Assembly (NCBI RefSeq): GCF_000039765.1
Contig: NC_004460.2
Coordinates: forward strand, 900,001-932,000
Direction: 5' to 3'
Source of the DNA: Vibrio vulnificus CMCP6
GTDB lineage: Bacteria > Pseudomonadota > Gammaproteobacteria > Enterobacterales > Vibrionaceae
Length of the DNA: 32,000 nucleotides
Shown: positions 26,007 through 32,000 of the stretch, piece by piece
Layout: each line of letters begins with the position of its first letter
Numbering within the stretch: position 1 is the stretch's first letter
The notes under the pieces: generated by a model
What the model was told of the DNA's origin: nothing
What the model saw: only the letters and a program-made list of their open reading frames with translations
Database searches by the model: none
Position numbers and translations under genes: made by a program

Positions 26007-26256
26007 TTCCTACAATTAAATTAATTTTCAATACATTAGATATTACTTAATGCAATAAAACTCGCATACTAGTTTATTAGTACACTTTCTAGTCATTGAA
26101 TTTTAATTTCTCTACTTGTTCTTACCAGTTATTAGTCTGGCGCTTAATATGATATTTCGCGTTTATACACTGGTATTTTCAATCAATTTAAAACACTCGA
26201 GAATTAACAAACTATTCTTGAGGTAATAAGTATATTTAAAATTTCAGGAAACTATT

Positions 26257-27678
26257 ATGGATAATTTTAAGCATCTTCCAGAACCCTTTCGTATTCGCGT
26301 TATTGAGCCAGTAAAACGCACCACTCGCGAGTATCGCGAAGAAGCAATTTTAAAAGCGGGCATGAACCCTTTCCTACTGGATAGTGAAGATGTCTTTATC
26401 GACTTGCTGACCGACAGTGGCACAGGGGCCATCACTCAAGATATGCAAGCGGCGATGTTCCGTGGTGATGAAGCGTACAGTGGCAGCCGCAGTTATCATG
26501 CATTGGCCAACGCCGTAAAAGACATTTTTGGTTACGAATTCACCATTCCGACACACCAAGGCCGTGGTGCAGAGCAGATCTACATTCCTGTGTTGATCAA
26601 AAAACGTGAAATCGAAAAGGGATTGGATCGCTCTAAGATGGTTGCCTTGTCAAACTACTTCTTCGATACCACCCAAGGTCACACGCAAATTAACTGCTGT
26701 GTGGCGAAAAACGTCTACACCGAAGAAGCCTTTGATACGGGCGTGAAAGCCGACTTTAAAGGCAATTTTGATTTAGAAAAGCTGGAAGAGGCGATTCTCG
26801 AAGCGGGCCCAGCCAATGTGCCATACATCGTCAGCACCATCACCTGTAACTCTGCTGGCGGCCAACCGGTGTCACTTGCCAACTTAAAAGCGGTGTACGA
26901 GATTGCTAAACGTTACGATATCCCAGTGATCATGGACTCTGCCCGTTTTGCCGAAAACGCCTATTTCATTCAGCAACGCGAAAAGGATTATCAAAACTGG
27001 AGCATCGAGGAAATCACCCGCGAAAGCTACAAATACGCTGATGGTTTGGCCATGTCAGCGAAGAAAGACGCCATGGTACAAATGGGCGGTCTGCTTTGCT
27101 TCAAAGATGAAAGCTTCCTTGATGTTTATACTGAATGCCGCACCTTGTGTGTGGTTCAAGAAGGCTTCCCCACTTATGGTGGCTTAGAAGGCGGTGCGAT
27201 GGAGCGATTAGCGGTGGGTCTATACGATGGTATGCGCCAAGACTGGCTAGCCTACCGAATTAACCAGGTGGAATATTTGGTCAATGGCCTCGAAAGCATT
27301 GGTGTAGTTTGCCAGCAAGCTGGTGGGCACGCGGCCTTTGTTGATGCGGGTAAACTGCTTCCTCATATTCCTGCCGATCAGTTCCCTGCCCATGCTTTAG
27401 CGTGCGAGCTCTATAAGGTTGCGGGTATCCGCGCGGTCGAAATCGGCTCGCTGCTACTCGGGCGCGATCCCGCGACAGGCAAGCAGCACCCGTGTCCTGC
27501 AGAGTTACTGCGCTTAACCATTCCACGCGCCACTTATACTCAAACGCACATGGATTTCATCATCGAAGCATTTGGTAAAGTCAAAGCCAATGCGGCAAAC
27601 GTCAAAGGACTCGAGTTCACCTATGAGCCGCAGGTCCTTCGTCACTTTACCGCGCGACTGAAGGAAATCGACGCATAA
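26257..27678 (+). CDS. tnaA: Tryptophanase (tryptophan indole-lyase, PLP-dependent)
   Basis: 473 aa. [19 protein letters not shown]...LLTDSGTGA...SAKKDAMV (PLP Lys region) is unmistakably TnaA over its full length. Confidence 0.96.
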   Translation: MDNFKHLPEPFRIRVIEPVKRTTREYREEAILKAGMNPFLLDSEDVFIDLLTDSGTGAITQDMQAAMFRGDEAYSGSRSYHALANAVKDIFGYEFTIPTHQGRGAEQIYIPVLIKKREIEKGLDRSKMVALSNYFFDTTQGHTQINCCVAKNVYTEEAFDTGVKADFKGNFDLEKLEEAILEAGPANVPYIVSTITCNSAGGQPVSLANLKAVYEIAKRYDIPVIMDSARFAENAYFIQQREKDYQNWSIEEITRESYKYADGLAMSAKKDAMVQMGGLLCFKDESFLDVYTECRTLCVVQEGFPTYGGLEGGAMERLAVGLYDGMRQDWLAYRINQVEYLVNGLESIGVVCQQAGGHAAFVDAGKLLPHIPADQFPAHALACELYKVAGIRAVEIGSLLLGRDPATGKQHPCPAELLRLTIPRATYTQTHMDFIIEAFGKVKANAANVKGLEFTYEPQVLRHFTARLKEIDA

Positions 27679-27686
27679 CACTCGCC

Positions 27687-27718
27687 AAAACGCAGCCCTA
27701 CAGTGGCTGCGTTTTTTT
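27687..27718 (+). terminator. Strong intrinsic terminator between tnaA and the permease gene
   Basis: AAAACGCAGCC, loop CTACAGT, GGCTGCGTTTT, then TTT. Confidence 0.8.
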
Positions 27719-27775
27719 GGCCAAAAAAAGATAACGATAAATTAAACAATAACGTGAAACTCAAGGATTATTATC

Positions 27776-28990
27776 ATGTCAAAGCAACCCTCGTTAATTG
27801 GGGGAGCGTGCATTATTGCCAGCGTCTGTGTCGGCGCTGGAATGCTCGGCCTCCCCAGTGCAGGGGCTGGCGCGTGGACGCTCTGGTCTCTATTGGCTCT
27901 CACTCTTACCATGGTCGTCATGACGCTATCTGGTTGGCTACTGCTCGAAGCATTTAAACACTACGAACTGCGGGTCTCCTTCAATACTGTCACCAAAGAT
28001 ATGCTCGGCAGCAAAGTAAACTGGTTCAACAATTTGATGGTTTACTTTGTGGGTGGCATTTTGCTGTACGCTTACATCACTTCTTCTGGTCTTATCTTGC
28101 AAGATGTTCTGCAAATAGACAGTAAAGTGGCCTCTATCTTGTTCGTTGCGGTATTTTCGGCTTTTGTTTGGCATTCAACACGCGCGGTTGACCGTATCTC
28201 GGTCATTCTCATTGTCTTTATGGTTCTCAGTTTTATCTTTGGCGTTTCAGGGTTAGCGATCAACGTCAAAACCTCCGTTTTATTCGATACCATCAATGAG
28301 AATGCCGATTACGCTCCCTACGCCATGGCGATGCTTCCCGTTGCTCTAACCTCTTTTGGTTATCACCATTCCGTCTCTTCTATGCGCTCTTATTACGGCG
28401 AAGAACGAAAAGCCAAATACGCCATTCTTGGCGGAACGATTATTGCGCTTAGCCTCTATTTCTTATGGTTACTGAGCATCTTCGGCAACTTACCTCGCTC
28501 AGAGTTTGGCTCGGTGATCGAACAAGGTGGCAATGTCGATGTGTTGCTCAAAGCACTGGGTTCTGTGATTGAATCAGAGAAGGTCTCGCAAGCGATCAAC
28601 GCATTCTCGATGGCGGCGATTCTCTCCTCTTTCATTGGCGTTGGATTAGGGGTGTTTGATTTCTTGGCTGATCTGTTTAAGTTTGGCAACTGCAAGCGTG
28701 GCAGAAGCAAAACTTGGCTGGTAACGTTTCTTCCACCGTTAATCTTGTCGCTACTGTTCCCGTTTGGCTTCATTATTGCCATTGGTTATGCTGGCGCGGC
28801 GGCCACCGTCTGGGCTTGTATTATCCCTGTACTGCTCGCCTACAAATCTCGTTCGATGGAGAATGGCTATCAAGGCTTTGTGGTACCAGGAGGCATGTCA
28901 GTGCTGGTTCTGGTACTGGGTTTTGGTGTGTTAACCGCCATCTTCCATATGCTGGCCATGGCCAACATGTTGCCCACATTTACGGGGTAA
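27776..28990 (+). CDS. tnaB: Aromatic amino acid (tryptophan) permease, HAAAP family (TnaB/Mtr type)
   Basis: 404 aa and polytopic. The motifs GAGMLGLPSAGAGAW, LPVALTSFGYHHSV, GNLPRSEF, GGNVDVLLKAL and GVFDFLADLFKF parallel E. coli TnaB/Mtr. The gene is adjacent to tnaA. Confidence 0.82.
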   Translation: MSKQPSLIGGACIIASVCVGAGMLGLPSAGAGAWTLWSLLALTLTMVVMTLSGWLLLEAFKHYELRVSFNTVTKDMLGSKVNWFNNLMVYFVGGILLYAYITSSGLILQDVLQIDSKVASILFVAVFSAFVWHSTRAVDRISVILIVFMVLSFIFGVSGLAINVKTSVLFDTINENADYAPYAMAMLPVALTSFGYHHSVSSMRSYYGEERKAKYAILGGTIIALSLYFLWLLSIFGNLPRSEFGSVIEQGGNVDVLLKALGSVIESEKVSQAINAFSMAAILSSFIGVGLGVFDFLADLFKFGNCKRGRSKTWLVTFLPPLILSLLFPFGFIIAIGYAGAAATVWACIIPVLLAYKSRSMENGYQGFVVPGGMSVLVLVLGFGVLTAIFHMLAMANMLPTFTG

Positions 28991-28997
28991 AGATAAC

Positions 28998-29025
28998 GCC
29001 AGCCACCTCAGGTGGCTGGCTTTTT
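28998..29025. terminator. Bidirectional terminator between the convergent tnaB and ABC-F genes
   Basis: GCCAGCCACC, loop TCA, GGTGGCTGGC, then TTTTT. The ABC-F stop codon starts 2 nt later, at 29027. Confidence 0.8.
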
Positions 29026-29026
29026 G

Positions 29027-30595
29027 TTACAAATGCCAACTCCGCGTAATTTGCGCCTCTGCGACAAAATGATCGTCGTGACTCACCAAAATGAGTGCGC
29101 CTTGGTAGTGGGCCAGCGCATGGGCCAATGCCTGTTTGGATTCCAAATCGAGATGATTGTCCGGTTCATCCAACAGTAGCAGAGGCTGGTTGGGTACATG
29201 GCTTACCATCAACATCGCCAATTTCATTTTCTCACCGCCACTTAGATGTGCCGCTTGCCGATCAACGCTATCTCGACGAAAACCGATCCCGGCTAGCAGC
29301 AGACGAGCCTCATTGGTGGTTATCCCTGAGCAAAAGTGGGTGAGATTTTCCAGCAAAGAGAGCTGAAGGTTGATGATTTGGTAGTGTTGGTCAAGATAAA
29401 CCGCAGGCGCATAACGGCAAATCTCACCACTGTATTCCTCGTGAAGACCTGTCAGCGCTTTCAGTAGCCGACTTTTCCCCACGCCATTGGCACCAAACAA
29501 ACGGCAACGCTCTCCTTGTTTGAGCTGAAACGAGAGAGGTGTGTGCGTGAGCCCTTGCGTTCGATAATCCGTCACATTCAGCAACGTCCTCTTTTTGTGC
29601 TCATGCGTTTCAGACAAGTACAACTTTGGCTCTTCTTCTAGCACCAACTTCTGCTTTAAATTGTGTTGCAGATGCTGATTTCGCTTAAGTTGATTTTGCA
29701 CCTTGATGTTGGCACTCGCACGGCTATTTTCAGCGCTGTTTTTCATGCCGTCTGTCAATATTTTGGGTTGGCTACCAGACGCACGCTTTTTCTTACCTTG
29801 GCTTTCTCGCTTCTGCGCTTTCTCTTTGCTCTTTTGTATCTCGCGTTGTATCGCTTTTTGTTCACGTTGTAGGTGGTTGAGCTTGCGAGTCACCGCCTCT
29901 TGCTGCGCCTGCCATTGCTGCTGATATTGTGCATAGTGACCATCAAACCAATGCAATCCTTCTGACGTCAAACGCACTACTCGATCAACCGCCATCAACA
30001 AAGCGCGGTCATGGCTCACCAACAAGATTGGCCGCGACTCGTGCCTAATTTGCTCAATCAACCATTGTTTACCAATGTGGTCGAGATGGTTGCTCGGCTC
30101 ATCGAGGATCAACACCTCGTTGTCCCCCAAAAACAAGCGCTTTAAAGTAAGCATCGCAAGCTGTCCACCGCTAAGTTGCTGACAATTGGCATCAAGTGGT
30201 TGCGTGATCCTAAGCTCATCAAGCAAAGCTTGCGTGGTGTGCTCAATCTGCCAATCTTCTTCCAGCTGTTCAAAATGAAGTGGATCCACACTGCCCTTTT
30301 CTATTTGCTTGAGGGCATTCAGTTTTTGACTGACACCAAGGTATTGTGCAATAGAGCCTTGTGGCTTTTGATCGGATGCTTGTTGCGAGTAGTAGCCAAT
30401 TCGTCCATGAGCAACCACGTGCCCTGACGTGGGCGCTCTTTGCCCCACCAGCAATTGCAGCAGAACAGACTTACCCACACCATTTCGGCCCACCAATGCC
30501 GTTCGTCCCTCGGCAAGTTGAAAATCAAGATGGTGAAATAACCATTCACCGCTGTTTAATTGATAGCTCAGTTGCTGAGCCTGAATAACGGGCAT
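29027..30595 (-). CDS. ABC-F family ATPase (tandem ABC domains with charged linker, no TMD)
   Basis: Two Walker A motifs (GRNGVGKS, GANGVGKS), two signature motifs (LSGGQ, LSGGEK) and two Walker B motifs (ILDEPSNHLD, LLDEPDNHLD). A Lys/Gln/Arg-rich linker separates the domains. Start moved to ATG 30595 (MPVIQAQQL) after AAGGGGG; the track's 30616 start is a TTG. Confidence 0.85.
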   Translation of the reverse strand: MPVIQAQQLSYQLNSGEWLFHHLDFQLAEGRTALVGRNGVGKSVLLQLLVGQRAPTSGHVVAHGRIGYYSQQASDQKPQGSIAQYLGVSQKLNALKQIEKGSVDPLHFEQLEEDWQIEHTTQALLDELRITQPLDANCQQLSGGQLAMLTLKRLFLGDNEVLILDEPSNHLDHIGKQWLIEQIRHESRPILLVSHDRALLMAVDRVVRLTSEGLHWFDGHYAQYQQQWQAQQEAVTRKLNHLQREQKAIQREIQKSKEKAQKRESQGKKKRASGSQPKILTDGMKNSAENSRASANIKVQNQLKRNQHLQHNLKQKLVLEEEPKLYLSETHEHKKRTLLNVTDYRTQGLTHTPLSFQLKQGERCRLFGANGVGKSRLLKALTGLHEEYSGEICRYAPAVYLDQHYQIINLQLSLLENLTHFCSGITTNEARLLLAGIGFRRDSVDRQAAHLSGGEKMKLAMLMVSHVPNQPLLLLDEPDNHLDLESKQALAHALAHYQGALILVSHDDHFVAEAQITRSWHL

Positions 30596-31097
30596 AGAGA
30601 CCCCCTTACGATTCAAAGAAAGGTAAGAAGTCAGTAAGCATAATTACGAATGTCCTCTCATGTTATGCCTCAAAGGCACCTACACGAAAATCGAAGCATA
30701 GGAAAACAAGATGTACAACAGAAACGCAATAACGCCGACTAACTCCAAGAGCCGAATGAATAAAGATCATCGGAATATAGGGAAGTTAGATATTCATGTA
30801 GGCGTTATCTCCGCAAGAAAGGATGGCGAGAGGTTAACAATTGAACAAACGAGATGTCAAGTGCAACTCATGAATCAACACACAACAAAAAACTAAATAA
30901 TGAAGCTCTAAATCAATGAATAAAAACAAAATAATCAATAAGAATATTTTTGTGACAATTGATAAGTATTTGATAAATCATAAATGCAACAAATGAGTAT
31001 TGTGGTATTTTCGCCTGTCTCTATGCACATAAAATATACCTATTATTTCAATCGCATAGTTATTAAAAATACGTTAAATATCAATAAGGAAATTTGT

Positions 31098-31682
31098 GTG
31101 AAAAAGTTGGCATTATCTAAAGTTTTTCTGTTGGGCTTATTGGCCTCTTCGTATGCAAGTGCGAATGTATTGACAGGAGTAGTCGGCATTGGATATGGCT
31201 TTGGAGGCGATAAACTGGGTGAAGGCGTTTTCGTCAATGGCGATAGCGATGATATAAAAGCGAACGAAGGTATCTCTATTTTTGGCGGGGCGGATTTAGC
31301 GCTTCCACAAGATTTCTTGTTGCGTGGCACCCTAGGTTACAAATTTGACACCATTGATGCGTCAAACGGTGATATCTCATTCAGCCGAGTTCCTGTTGAG
31401 TTCACAGTGTTCAAGAGCTTAAGCAACCACAAATTGGGTGCCGGGTTTACCTATCACACCGCGGTTAGCTATGAGTGTAATGTAAGCGGGATCTGCAGCG
31501 GCGAAGTAGAATTCGATGATGCAGCCGGCTTGGTGGTGCAATATGAATACGCGTTTGCGCCTGGAGCTCTTGGCCAAATCGCGGTTGGTGCAAAATACAC
31601 CAATATCGAGTATGAAGTTTCCTCAACAGGCGAGACTTTTGATGGCAGTGGCTTCGATATTCACCTTACCGTTTTATTCTAA
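31098..31682 (+). CDS. Small outer-membrane beta-barrel protein (family unassigned)
   Basis: GTG 31098 follows AAGGAA. The signal peptide is VKKLALSKVFLLGLLASSYASA. The sequence alternates Gly/aromatic-rich strands and ends LTVLF with a terminal Phe. The upstream 38 codons of the track ORF look non-coding (AT-rich, no RBS). Confidence 0.6.
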   Translation: MKKLALSKVFLLGLLASSYASANVLTGVVGIGYGFGGDKLGEGVFVNGDSDDIKANEGISIFGGADLALPQDFLLRGTLGYKFDTIDASNGDISFSRVPVEFTVFKSLSNHKLGAGFTYHTAVSYECNVSGICSGEVEFDDAAGLVVQYEYAFAPGALGQIAVGAKYTNIEYEVSSTGETFDGSGFDIHLTVLF

Positions 31683-31731
31683 AACCCATCTAAATCTACA
31701 CCAATAAATCGGTGTTAATCTGTGTCATTTA

Positions 31732-31759
31732 GGGAAGAGATGCTCTCTTCCCTTGTTTC
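31732..31759 (+). terminator. Rho-independent terminator after the OMP gene
   Basis: GGGAAGAGA, loop TGC, TCTCTTCCC, followed by TTGTTTCC. Confidence 0.6.
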
Positions 31760-31864
31760 CTAGACGTTTCGTTATTTACCCCAATGGAAACGACGCGTGG
31801 TTTCTTCAATATCAGCACCGTTTAAATCAACAAACGCAGCCATTTCAAGCTGCGTTTTCTCTTG

Positions 31865-32000
31865 TTAGCGCATCACAAACCACTCTTCGTGGAAGCGCTG
31901 ATGGATATCGACCCGATAAAGTTTTAGCGCTTGCTTTAAGGCATGCGAGAACGCCACAGGCCCGCAGAAGTAGAAATCATAGTCGCGCAGGTCACCGCAT
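31865..32000 (-). CDS. 3' end of an FNR-type FAD/NAD(P)H oxidoreductase gene (5' part outside the window)
   Basis: The minus-strand frame reads CGDLRDYDFYFCGPVAFSHALKQALKLYRVDIHQRFHEEWFVMR*. The YFCGP...IH.E.F pattern is the typical C-terminus of ferredoxin-reductase-type NAD-binding domains. It is too short for the ORF track. Confidence 0.5.
   Translation of the reverse strand, partial: CGDLRDYDFYFCGPVAFSHALKQALKLYRVDIHQRFHEEWFVMR

Noticed and set aside
30711-30896. 61-aa ORF in the AT-rich gap between the ABC-F and OMP genes
   Set aside because: It has an AGGA 7 nt upstream. However, its composition is low-complexity, Asn/Lys/Thr-rich and typical of AT-rich non-coding DNA, and it carries no recognisable motif. 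The evidence is insufficient.
31780-31867. In-frame 30-codon extension after the reductase stop codon (…VMR*QEKTQLEMAAFVDLNGADIEETTRRFHWGK*), suggesting a nonsense mutation or read-through
   Set aside because: The FNR-type domain already ends naturally at …IH.E.F-x5. The extension has no Cys or ferredoxin motif and overlaps a terminator hairpin at 31832-31858. It is most simply non-coding.
1-32000. Search for mobile-element boundaries (transposase, integrase, tRNA attachment sites, long inverted or direct repeats) flanking the cus, tna or siderophore blocks
   Set aside because: No such genes or repeats were seen by eye. The block junctions are ordinary terminators. A computational repeat and GC-skew scan would be needed to exclude short att-like repeats.

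Overview
Vibrio-type gammaproteobacterial chromosome segment; the gene content fits a V. vulnificus-like genome best, which is an inference. It falls into five blocks. (1) 1-14.4 kb is a Fur-box-studded aryl-capped siderophore locus of the vibriobactin/vulnibactin type. It holds a DAHP synthase, vibA/C/E/B-like DHB genes, viuB-like reductase, a PchB-like isochorismate-pyruvate lyase, a second (salicylate-type) aryl-AMP ligase, a free aryl carrier protein, a periplasmic binding protein, a TonB-dependent receptor and a VibH-like condensation enzyme. (2) 14.4-15.9 kb is a 1.45-kb ORF-poor gap holding a CsrB-family GGA-rich sRNA, which the ORF track cannot show. The sRNA has an upstream VarA/GacA-type box and a strong terminator, and a 27-codon sORF candidate lies nearby. 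(3) rimK, a RimB-like protease and a convergent MBL hydrolase. (4) 18.2-25.7 kb is a copper/silver efflux operon behind a MerR/CueR-type 19-bp-spacer promoter. Its genes are a Cys/His-rich secreted ORF, cusC, a cusB fused to two CusF-like domains, cusA, and a cupredoxin with an MDHxK repeat tract. (5) A tnaC-tnaA-tnaB tryptophanase operon, then an ABC-F ATPase, a small beta-barrel OMP and the 3' end of an FNR-type reductase. I found no tRNA, rRNA, CRISPR array, transposase or integrase. I cannot defend a wholly new multi-gene system. The least textbook items are the cus operon architecture (CueR-type control, no cusRS or free cusF, a CusB-CusF-CusF' fusion, an unknown first gene), a compound CTAG-core tandem repeat at 718-883, and the sORF beside the Csr sRNA. 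All similarity statements come from motif recognition by eye, not from database searches.
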